Positions 33,266-46,999 of a stretch of DNA of 64,000 nucleotides are shown one piece after another. Made by a program: the position numbers and the translations under genes. The DNA is from the human T2T-CHM13v2.0 reference genome, Homo sapiens: NCBI RefSeq assembly GCF_009914755.1, contig NC_060936.1. The stretch is one strand, 5' to 3'. Positions within the stretch are counted from its first letter, which is position 1. Each line of letters begins with the position of its first letter. Below the pieces are notes generated by a model. That model ran no database searches. It was not told the DNA's origin and worked only from the letters and a program-made list of their open reading frames with translations.

Positions 33266-34461
33266 TGAAAAAAAAAAAGATATCAACTAGGCAATTGGAT
33301 ATAAGAATTTGGGGATTTCTGGACAGATCTAGGCTGTTGTTATCAACTACTGGCATCAACAGCATACCTCCAGAGATCACCTGAGTATTTAAACAATGGC
33401 CCAGAGATTACCTGAGTCAGATAGAGAGGAAGGCAGAGGACGGAGTCCTGGCGCACCCCACCACTCAGGGGTCACAAGACAGAGAAGGGACAACACGCGA
33501 CTGTGAGGAGGTGTCTGAGGTGGCAGAAAACACAAGTCACAGAAGTCTGGTAGTCACATGATTGCCCAGACATCCCGGCCAATAAAAGGGACTTACAACA
33601 CTCAGCCTCTCTGTTTGCCTAAGGTGGCAGGTCACGTACAATTCCCTATTCTTCCCTTTTCACAGCTCCCCTGCCAATCCACTAAATGTAGAGTGACCAC
33701 ATAGTTTTATCAATGTTCTATTCACTTATATATTTTATTTACACACTTGAGCTTTGAGAGTAAAAAGGAGAGCTTTTTATAACCATGTCAGGACAACAGC
33801 ATAACCCATTATCCTGGGTGCACCCTGGGGTGTAACCACCCTTTCTACACAACTAAGCACTCAACCTGGACTTCTAGACAAACTTATTAATGCTTTGGGT
33901 AAGATTTCCCCACCCGTGCTCCTTGCTGTTTCTCCCAGAAATTCTCACATGGAAGAAAAATGAAAGGGTGCAGTGTGTTGGAGGGGTGGAATTCTACCAA
34001 TCAAGTTATGCACAAAAAGCATAAAAGGAACTGTGGGTCCTTTTGAGTCACCCAGGAGGACACAGAGCCCCCAAATTAAACGAAGGGCACCCATGCGAGG
34101 GCTGGCCGACCCTCGCCACCTATGTCTTGGTTTCCCCCACTGTAATACTGGGAACCCCACTTCTCCCAGGCCTGCTGCGAAGATGAAGCCAGCAAATGCA
34201 CGCCCTCTCTTAGCTCTGGACCGGGCAGGTGAAAAGCAGGGAGGTGTTCATAAAAGCAGTCCCCACCGCTGAAGGGTCCTCAACTCGGGGTTCTAGTCCC
34301 AGCTCTGCCCTGGCCTAGCAACCCCTTCCCGCTGCAGGGACCAAGGCGGTGGGCAGGTCCCTCACCCGTGCTGAGACCGGGACAGGAATGCGCACCTCTC
34401 CCCACCCTCGGACGCCCCGGCGGCGCCGCTGCAGAAGTCGGGAGGTCGGACAAACGCGAGG

Positions 34462-34923
34462 AGTAAGGAAAAAGAGGAGGAAGGGAAGGAAGGAGGAAGA
34501 ACGAAGTGAGGAAAGAGGATGTCAGGGAAGAAAGGGAGTAAAGGAAGAAGGAAGGGAGAGGGGGACAGAAAGGAGGAGGACGGAAGGAGGAAGGGAAGGA
34601 AGAAAGACGGAAGGCAAGGGAGAGGAAAAAGGGGAGGAAAGAAGAAAGGGAAGGGGGAGGAAGGAAAGGGGGAGGAAGGAAGGAGGAGGAAGGTAGGGAA
34701 GGAAGGGAGGCAGGAAGAGGGGAAGGAAGGAGGAAGATAAGGAAGGAGGGGAGGTAGGAAGAAGGGAAGGAAGGAGGAAGGAAGGGAAGGGGAGAAAGAA
34801 AGGAAGGGAAGGGGTAGGAAGACAGGGAGGAAGGAAAAAAGGAGGAAGGTAACGAAGGAAGGAAGGAGAAAGTAAAGTAAGGGGGAGGAAGGAAGGAAGA
34901 AGGGAAGGGGAGGAGGGGAAGGG
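34462..34923. repeat. About 460-bp polypurine/polypyrimidine low-complexity tract at the start of SPRING1 intron 1
   Basis: Almost only G/A on the plus strand (ggaa, gaag, agga units), starting about 12 nt from the exon 1 donor. Confidence 0.95.
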
Positions 34924-34934
34924 CGGCCACTGAC

Positions 34935-35045
34935 CTGCTTGAAGGTGCTGCTGAGGAAGTAGACGAGCGACAGCCCGAAGACCAGGGCGAGCACCCACCT
35001 CTTCCGCAGAAGCCGGCGCCACACCATGGCCGCCAGGTTCACCAT
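34935..35045 (-). CDS. SPRING1: SPRING1 (C12orf49) coding exon 1: start codon, basic cytosolic tail and type II signal-anchor (aa 1-37)
   Basis: ATG at 35045-35043; translates [37 protein letters not shown]; donor CAG|GTCAGT, phase 0. Protein recognised as human SPRING1. Confidence 0.97.
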
Positions 35046-35900
35046 CCCGGCGCGGACGTGGGGCGCGGCGGCCGGGGCGCGGAACGCGGCAGGCCCGGGT
35101 CCCGGGCGGCATGGCCCCTACGCGCCCGGCAGCCCCATCCCTCCAGGCAGGCGCCGGCCCCGCCGCCCGCAGCCCAGTCTGCTCCCGGCAGCCTTGGGCG
35201 CAGCCCCACGTGACCCCGCCCTACGCCCCGCCTCCGCTCCGCAGCGACAAGGGCTAGTCGCGCAAGATCCTCTCACCATTGGTCCCTAAGGAACGGCGGC
35301 CTCCTATTGGTTAAGTGCCGGGAAAGGGGGCGGACAATCGCGTGAGTGCTGCGGGCGTAGCTGTGCCCGGGTCCTAGCGCCGGACCCGGCGACGCCAAGA
35401 AACCACCCAATAGGAGGCCGGAAGCATCGGAAGTCACATGCTGCCCAGGCTGCGCGGGTGATTGGCTTGGCTGGACCTGAATGATGCGGCTGTGATTGCT
35501 GAATTGTCTGGGCAGGTAAAAAGAGAACGCGATTTTTTTTTTCTTTTCTCCCATCATGGTCTGTGTAGTCTCCTGCCCTTGCAGTCCCAGAGCGTTTTGC
35601 GCTGTGTGTTGGTTGCAGGGATGAAAAGCGCTCGCGACGTTGTTCCCGAAGTGCACCTGCCGGCTTCCAGTCCAAGTGATGCAGGCGATGCTCCTCTGAG
35701 TGCATTTCGGTGCAGTCCTGTAACGGGCCCCAGGGGCGCAACTTGAACCATCGCAAGCATCGAAAAGTCTCGGTGCGGTCCTTCAAAGGGACATAGTGGG
35801 ATGTACAGAGCAGAGGATTAAAAAGCGTTTCATTCATTCAGATGCATCCCGCGTGCAAAAATTTATTCCAGAATTATGTACGGCCTGCTTCCGACAAAGA
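34940..35900. promoter_or_regulatory. CpG-island bidirectional promoter shared by SPRING1 (-) and RNFT2 (+)
   Basis: High CpG density. CCAAT/ATTGG boxes at 35278, 35306, 35407 and 35461; GC box 35326-35333; tandem ETS/GABP cores CCGGAAG 35418-35424 and CGGAAGT 35428-35434; E-box CACGTGAC 35207-35214. The divergent first exons lie within about 500 bp. Confidence 0.9.
35440..35515 (+). other. RNFT2: RNFT2 non-coding exon 1 (5' end approximate)
   Basis: Donor CAG|GTAAAA at 35515/35516, just downstream of the ETS/CCAAT cluster. The TSS cannot be determined from sequence. Confidence 0.6.
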
Positions 35901-36469
35901 ATCCGAAGCCTCTTCCAATACAAGCATCCGAAAGTAGAGTTTCGAGCATTCGATTTAGGAGTTAAATGTGTGGATGAGAACTTTGGAATATGAATTTTAT
36001 TTTCCCCCAAGGATTTGCAATGTGGGATAATGGAGGGAGGGGCGAGAGGAGGATTAAGTTGAGATTGCAAATTCTTGAAAAATATTTATATAATGACCTT
36101 TTCTTGATATATGAAGATGCTGCTGCTGACCGGTTTGTTACCTAATTTTTCAAAAGAGAAAGGAGGCTTCACTGGCGGGTCATTTTTAATCAGTGGCCCT
36201 AGTGACACCATTGCTGCCCCCTCAAGAAGCCTGGTCAGGATTAGGAAGTCATTCAACAGCCAATAATCGTGCCCTAAACTGAAGTCAGACACCATCTGAC
36301 TGATATAGACACCCTATATCCACAATATTGGCTCTGCCTCCAGAGACAAGAAGATATTCACGGAGGCTAAACCTTTTCATGGGAAGTAGATGGCCCTTAT
36401 TACCTTGCTAGGGTGAAAGGTGGGACAGGGAGCAAGGGATCTAGAAAAGGGGAACTGGGAGACCCATAG

Positions 36470-37242
<773 letters not shown>

Positions 37243-37643
37243 TCAGCCACTCAGGAGGCTGAGGCAGGAGAATCGCTTGAACCTGGGAGGCAGAGGTTGC
37301 AGTGAGCCAAGATCGCACCACTCCGTCTTAAAAAAAAAAAAGGAGTTTCAAGGGGGGATCACTGAGAGGCTACCCAGAGATACTGAGCAGATGGAATCAT
37401 CTGCTTATAGCTACCAACAATGTCCTAAGGCTTCTTAGCAGATTCAAGGTATCGCAGGGACTGTTCATCCAGGTGTTCTGTTCCATCCAGGTTTGGAGTC
37501 TCTGGCAAGCTCCCCTGACTGTGCATCCCTCTGGAGACGAAGAGGAGGGGGAGGCCTGTCCTCTCTGGGATCCATTGGTCACATCCCCCTGAGGATTCCC
37601 GAATGCCTACCTCCAGTGTCGTCAACATGGAGTTCTGAAGTCC

Positions 37644-37667
37644 ATGTGGCTCTTCACAGTGAATCAG
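37644..37667 (+). CDS. RNFT2: RNFT2 exon 2 coding part (MWLFTVNQ); exon probably starts at 37491
   Basis: ATG at 37644; donor CAG|GTGACA; acceptor ttccatccag at 37490. Matches the recalled RNFT2 N-terminus. Confidence 0.88.
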
Positions 37668-38181
37668 GTGACACGTCTCCAAGAGAATTTGCATCTTTAT
37701 TACTACTTGATTAAATGTGAGAGCTGGAAGGAAGTTTTGGTTTGACCACTCCACCCCTCCCATGTAACACATGGGGAATCTGAACCCACAGAGGGGTTAC
37801 TGATTTGTCTAGGGTCACAGCAAGTTAGCAGCAGCATCAACCCAGAATCCATGTCTCCTGCCAGTCCGCTGCCCACTTCACTTCATCCAGCACCTCTTGG
37901 CTGCACAGTTTACCGCGTTATCCTCTCACATGAGGACTTTCTCCACCTCTGAGTCTCATCGTCCTCCTCTGTGAAATGGGGTGATAGCTTTCCTCATGGG
38001 ATAGAATGTCACATTGAGGATGGAATGGCATGAAAGATTGAAACATACTTTGGAAAATGCCAGAGAGCACTAGGGGTCTAAGATACGACTAGTGCAGGTT
38101 TGCAGTTTACAATTACCTTGGCAATCTGACAGGCAGTGGGAGTGTTGGGAGACTCTGGCTCACCCATGTGTTGGGTTTTAG

Positions 38182-38240
38182 GTGTTAAGGAAGATGCAGA
38201 GACGCCACAGCAGCAACACGGATAACATTCCACCTGAAAG
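38182..38240 (+). CDS. RNFT2: RNFT2 exon 3 (VLRKMQRRHSSNTDNIPPE/R)
   Basis: Acceptor gttttag|GTG; 59 nt; donor AAG|GTAGGC, phase 2, compatible with exon 4. Confidence 0.92.
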
Positions 38241-38491
38241 GTAGGCATCCCTGCTTCTGTTCCATCTGAGGGCTCTAGGCTTCGGGTGGTGAGGGGCAAC
38301 CCAAAACTGGATTGAACAATACCTCACCCTCAGCGTTAGTTGTTAGAGTCACACTGATGGCCTCATACTAAACATTCAACGCATAATAGCTTGCTCTTTC
38401 TTTTATGCTAAATTTCAAAGTCCTGTGTGATAGGTGAGCCACCTGACTCATTGTATCAATGAATGTACCTGTGGAATTTTGATTTATAGAG

Positions 38492-39120
38492 ATGTCTTAG
38501 TCCATACAGGCTGCTATCACAAAAATATCATAGAATGGGTGGTTTAAACAACAAATGTTTATCTCTCACAGTGCTGGAAGCTAGGAAGTCCAAGATGAAA
38601 GCTCCAGCATATTCAGTGTCTGCGAAAGGCCCACTTTCTGGTTCACTGATGGCCATTCTTTTGCTATGTCTTAATGTGGTGAAGGGAAAGGGATCTCTCT
38701 GGGTCTCCTTTTTAAGGGCACTAATCCCATTCGTGAAGAGCCCATCTCATCACCTAATCATTCCCAAAGGCCCACCTTCCAATACGATCAAATTACAGGT
38801 TAGGTTTCTTTTTTGAGAGAGAGTCTTGCTCTGTTACCCAGGCTGGAGTGCAGTGGTGATCATGGCTCACTATAGCCTCCAAATCCTAGGCTCAAGCAAT
38901 CCTCCTGCCTCAGCCTCCTGAGTAGCTGGGACTACAGGCATGTGCCACCATACCTAGCTAATTTTTAAAATTTTTTGGTAGAGACAGGGTCTCACTAAGT
39001 TGTCCAGACTGGCCTCAAACTCCTGGGCTCAAGCGATCTTCCTACCTTGATCTCTCAAAGCCCTGGGATTATAGGTGTGAACCACTGCACCTGGCATGGG
39101 TTAGGTTTCAACATAAGAAT
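38492..39120. mobile_element. MaLR LTR (MLT1A-like) split by an Alu
   Basis: tgtcttagtccatacaggctgctatcacaaaa...ctggaagctaggaagtccaagatg hallmark text. Confidence 0.7.
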
Positions 39121-40081
39121 CTACACAAACATTGAGATCATAGCTCTGAGAAACAACACGGAGAGGCTAATGACATTGAAAGATGAGATTTTTATTTCTT
39201 CCATTTCTCAAGATGAAGGGGCATACTACTGCTTGCAGGGCCACCTGGGGAAGCACCAGCAATAGTCAGAGGGCAGAAAGGACCGAGGAAAAAGCATAGG
39301 CCACAGCCTTTATTGTGTTTTCTGGGGGAAAGAAAGGCAAGGCAGGGGCAATAGTTTAGGACTGGCTAGTTTGAATCATGTTGGTGGGCTCTGGGGTACC
39401 GAGGTGGTTTCTTTTTTTTTTTTTTTTTTTTGAGATAGGATCTCCCTCTGTTGCCCAGGCTAGAATGCAGTGGCACGATCTCGGCTCACTGCAGCCTCGA
39501 CCTCTCAGGCTCAAGCAATCCTCCTACCTCTCAGCCTTCCGAGTAGCTGGGACTAAAGGCATGCACCACCATGCCCGGCTAATTTTTGTATTTGTAGGGA
39601 CAGGGTTTTGTTATGTTTCCCAGGCTAGTCTCAAACTCCCGGGCTCAAGCGATCTGTCCGACTTGGCCGCCCAAGCTCCTGCTCGCTGGGATTATAAGCG
39701 CAAGCCACCACGCCTGGCCTCAAGGTGCTCTTTAGTTTGGTGTCTGGCCCTAGATGATTTAGGACAGGAGAAATATTGGCTGCGTGTGTAAAACTTAGAT
39801 GAAGGAAGGGCCATGCAGTGACTCACGCCTGTAATCCCAACACTTTGGGAGACCAAGGTGGGAGGATAACCTGAGTCCAGGAGTTAGTTGGAGACCAGCC
39901 TAGGTGACATGAGGAGATCCTGTCTCTACTAAAAAACTTTAAAACTAGCCACGTATGGTGGTGCATACCTATAGTCTCAGCACTTTGGGAAGCCAAGGTG
40001 AGAGGATTGCTTGAGCCCAGAAGTTTGAGATCAGCCTGGGCAAAATAGGGAGACCCTATCTCTACAAAAAATAAAAACTTA

Positions 40082-40250
<169 letters not shown>

Positions 40251-40352
40251 TTAAATGAAGCAGTGGTTGGGGTTATGGGCTCTGGATCACAAGGACATGT
40301 AAATAACTTTGGCCGTTAGTTTGGCCCTGTGATTAATAGATACCAGGTAGAA

Positions 40353-40355
<3 letters not shown>

Positions 40356-40402
<47 letters not shown>
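40356..40402 (+). repeat. Pure A47 homopolymer
   Basis: Counted directly. Confidence 0.95.
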
Positions 40403-40403
<1 letters not shown>

Positions 40404-41088
40404 AGTTAAAAAACACTCATGAGCTAGAATTTTTTTTTTTTGAGATGGAGTCTTGCTCTGTCACCAAGGCTGGAGTGCAGTAGTACAATCTCAGCTCACT
40501 ACAACTTCCGCCTCCTGGGTTCAAGCTACTCTCATGCCTCTGTCTCCCGAGTAGTTGGGACCATAGGCACGCACCACCACGTTTGGCTAATTTTTTTGTA
40601 TTTTAGTAGAGATGGGGTTTCACCATGTTGGCTAGGCTGGTCTCGAACTCCTGAGCTTGGGCAGTCTGCCCACCTCAGCCTCCCAAGGGGCTGGGATTAC
40701 AGGCATGAGCCACTGCACCCAGCCTAGAATTTATATCTATTGAAACCCAAGAGGGAACACACCTGGGGGCCTGTTCTCAGATTGGGACAGCCTCCAGCCC
40801 CAGAAGCCCTGTCCTAGCACATACATCCAAGGGGCGGGCAGCCAAGCCTTCCCTTCCTCACATCCCATACCCCCTGCGACTCTGGGGTTGGCTACAGAAT
40901 CACAAATGGTATCCCCCGGTCCCAGCACTGGGACTGAGTTTTGTATGGTGCCTGCCTGTTCTGCAGGGAAGAACACGGGGCTCAGCCAAACCCCAGCTCA
41001 GCCACTTCCCACCTGTGGTGACTTTGATACATGACTTCACCCCTAGGTCTCAGCTTCTCTATCCAAAAATGGCAGGTAACAGAACTCA

Positions 41089-41490
<402 letters not shown>

Positions 41491-42359
41491 CTAAAGACAA
41501 CATTGTCATCTGCTCTCAAGTGAACCATGAGATCTCTTGCGGGCAGAGAGCACAGCAGGAAACTCAAACCGTGTATTGAGTGCTTATGCTGTGCCAACCG
41601 CCACATTAGCCCAGTGAGAGCACCCATTTTACAAATGCAGAAGCTGAGGCTCAGAGAGGGGAAGGAAATTACCTAAAGTCACACAGCCAGGAAGTAGCAG
41701 GGCTGAGATTTGGGCCCCCATCCCTGTGTCCCCCAGCACCTGTGCTTTGAGATAGCACATTTTGGCTGCCTAGTGTCTGAGCAGAACCACTTTTCCTCCT
41801 GGGTTGCCTCAAGCTCTGGCGCTTAAGTGGTTAAGTTGGAAGCACAGCCTCTGTCCCCCTAAGGAATATTCTTTCCCAGTCAGGCTGAAATCTCGGCTGG
41901 ATGCAGGGGAGAGGCCCAGGGAAGGGAGGCCAGCTATAAAAAGCCCCTTGGTGAGTTGAGTCTTCCCTGGTTGTACTGGAGGCCCCTGAGCCCAGTGAAC
42001 TCAGAGTGCTGGCAAGCTCAAGGGGGACAGGATGGCTTTCTAGGGCCCCTTGGGTGGCCACGGAGAGAGAGTGGCCTCCTCATGGACCAACATGGGTACC
42101 TGCCAGGGCTCTTGCTTTCTGAGCTGAGCTCTTTGAAGTGCAGAAAAAGCTCAAGGCCCCTTGAGGATCATAGCCATGGTGTTTGCTGTTGTTGTCATTA
42201 TTAATATTATCATTATTATTATCCAGAGCCCAGTGGAGGAGGAGCGCATATTTCCTGGGCTTTTGGAGCCAGCAGGGGTGGGGCTTGGTGAGGGAGGGAA
42301 TCCAATCGTGAGTTTCCTCCATTGCACCAGATTTTTTTTTTTTTTTTTTTTTGAGATAG

Positions 42360-42458
<99 letters not shown>

Positions 42459-43068
42459 TGAGTAGCTAGGATTATAGGCATGCACCACCATGCCCGGCTA
42501 ATTTTTGTATTTTTAGTAGAGAGGGTTTTTTGCCATATTGGCCAGGCTGGTCTCAAACTCCTGGCCTCAAGTGATTCTCCCACCTCAGCCTCCCGAAGTG
42601 CTGGGATTACATGTGTGAGCCACCACACCCAGCCTGCTTCAAACTCCTGACCTCAAGTGATCTGCCCACCTCAGCCTCCCAAAGTGCTGGGATTATAGGC
42701 ATGAGCCACCACGCCTGGCCTCACTAGGTTTTTAGTAACATACCTGCAGGCCCAGTTTGTGCAGCCAGGGAAACCACCGTGTCCCACTGCTGTGTGTCAC
42801 AGGTGTTCTGCAAGCTGTTAAATGGTTTTTCATGGATAAAAAGAATTCTGTGGTCAAATAAGTTTGGGGAACACTGGGCTTAAGCAAAGTCCATTATTTC
42901 ACTTGCAGGCCTTCTCAGAGCGTTTAGTATGCCTGTTCATGTATTCTTTCAAACACTTTTTATTAAGCATGTTCTGAGTGCCAGGTGCATTGTGCCGGGT
43001 GGTAAAGATACAGTGGGGAGCAAGGTTATGGTCTTTGACCTTGTGGAGTGGAGCTCTGTCCAAAGCTA

Positions 43069-43410
<342 letters not shown>

Positions 43411-44094
43411 TCACTGAGGGGACTCTGAGTAACTTCAGGTGCTGGGGCCCACCCATAAAGATTTTGATTCAGTTGGTCTCCAGTGGGGTCGGGGCACCTG
43501 TCTTTTGCAAAAGCTCCCCCAAGTGATTATAATATATGGCCAGGATTGAGAGCCACAGGTCTCAAGGGAAAGATGAGGAATAAAATAACAGCTGTGATCA
43601 ATCCTGTGCAGGTGACATGAGGGTGCAGTGAGAGCAAGGAGCAGGGGACTGTCATTGTCTAGGAAGGAGTGAAGCCTCAATCCAGGGAGGGAGATTTTAG
43701 CTGAAATCTGACAGATGAGCGTGCATTACCTAGTTGGGATGGGGTACGGGTTAGGGGAGACATCCGGTGAAGGTGATAGCCTGTAGTAGAAAGCCCTTGA
43801 ATGATGAGAAAGGGGCACATGATAAGATTGGAGTTTGGGGTCAAATAATCCAGGGCGCCTGGCAACTTCATCTCTCTGAGCCTCAGTTTGTTTGTCAGTA
43901 AGGAACATGATATTTGGGAATGATATTTGTACCTATCTAGAGGGTTCCTCTGAGACCATGGGAAGGAACACAGAATGGGAAGCCCTGGGAGGGCTTTTAG
44001 TGGGATCGTGAAATAATCAAATACAGTCAGCCCTCCATATTCATGGGGGAATTGGTTCCAAGACCCCACGGATATGATAATATGCAGCTGCTGA

Positions 44095-44591
<497 letters not shown>

Positions 44592-44647
44592 TGAGGTGGG
44601 AGGATCACTTGAGCCCAGGAGTTTGAGGCTCTAGGGAGCTAGGATCA

Positions 44648-45625
<978 letters not shown>

Positions 45626-46217
45626 CTATTATTGCAAAACGTATTTTAAATTTAACACCCCCACCCCCAGGAATTCTATTCAGGAATAAAGGCCCATTTT
45701 TCAGGTGAGAAAGCTGAGTGCAGAGGTATAAGGCCCCTAGAACAGGTGGAGCTGGAGTTTGAATGTGGGCCTCCCAGCTAAGTCTTCTTCACATTACTCT
45801 CTGCCGCCCACCCAATGTCAGCTGTGACCAAGGCTGGCCCCTCTGGGGAACTGGGGGCCATTGAACTTGAAGACTGCAGAGCCAGCGGTCCTTGGGATCC
45901 CGAGGTAATTCTAGAATCATAGAATTCTGTGCTCCCTTTTCAACGAAGTGTGCTGGTTACTAAAGTGGGCTCTAGAGAGAGTCGGCCTGGGTTCGAATCT
46001 CCCCTGCTCCATCCCTTACCAGCTCTGTGACTCTGGACAAGTTACTTTCTCTCTCTGAGCCTCCATTTCTTTATCTGTAAAGCGGGAATATCAGTAGGAC
46101 CTAATTCCAGGGTTGATGGGAGGATTTAGTAAGTTAATCAATGCAAAACACTCAGAAGACTATCTGACACGTAGTAGGTTTCAATAAAGGTTACGACCTA
46201 TTGTTATTAATATTATT

Positions 46218-46908
46218 TGTATTAGTTCCTAGGACTGCCGTAACAAAGTACCACACCCCAGGGGGCTTAAACAACAGAAATTTCTTATAACAAATTCTGG
46301 AGGCTGGAAGGCTGAGATCAGGGTATCAGCAGGGTTGGTTCTTTCTGAGGCCTCTCTCCTTGGCTTGTGGACAGCCGTCTTCTCCCTGGGTCTTTACATG
46401 GTCTACTCTCTGTACCTGTGTCCTAATCTCTTCCTCTTTCCCCCCCCCCACCCCTTTTGAGACAGGCTCTCTGTCGCCCAGGCTGGAGTGCAGTGGCGAG
46501 ATCTTGGCTCACTACAGCCTCAACTTCCTGGGCTCAAGTGATCCTCCCACCTCAGCCTCCTGAATAGCTGGGACTACAGGCATGCGCCACCATGCCTGGC
46601 TAATTTAGCTCTATTTCTTGTAAAGATGGGGTCTCCCTATGTTGCCCAGGCTGGTTTTGAACAACTAGGCTCAAGTGATCTTCCCACCTCTGACTCCCAA
46701 AGTACAGGGATTACAGGCATGAGCCACTGCATCAGCCCTAACCTCTTCTTACAGGGACAGCAGTCACACTGGATTGGGACCCACTCCAGTGACTTCATTT
46801 TAACTTCATTGCCTCGTATAGACCCTATCTTTAAACAGGGTCACATTCTGAGGTCCTGGGAGGAAGGACTTCATGTGAATTTGAGGGGGACACAGCTCAA
46901 CCCATAAC
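46218..46908. mobile_element. MaLR LTR (MLT1-type) split by an Alu, ending about 90 nt upstream of RNFT2 exon 4
   Basis: tgtattagttcctaggactgccgtaacaaagtaccac...ggggacacagctcaacccataaca. Confidence 0.75.
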
Positions 46909-46999
46909 ATAATTGATATTATTAGTCCCCATCCTCCTCTGGAGTAAGGTCTTTTCCATCTGCCTGACTTCCTGGGGTTTCTCTCCCCTTGGCACCCAG

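Noticed and set aside
34280-34930. Long ORFs (216 aa minus; Arg/Gly/Lys/Glu-rich plus ORFs; read-through extension of the 227-aa ORF) over the GA tract
   Set aside because: Stop codons are scarce in pure purine/pyrimidine sequence. Only 34935-35045 is real CDS.
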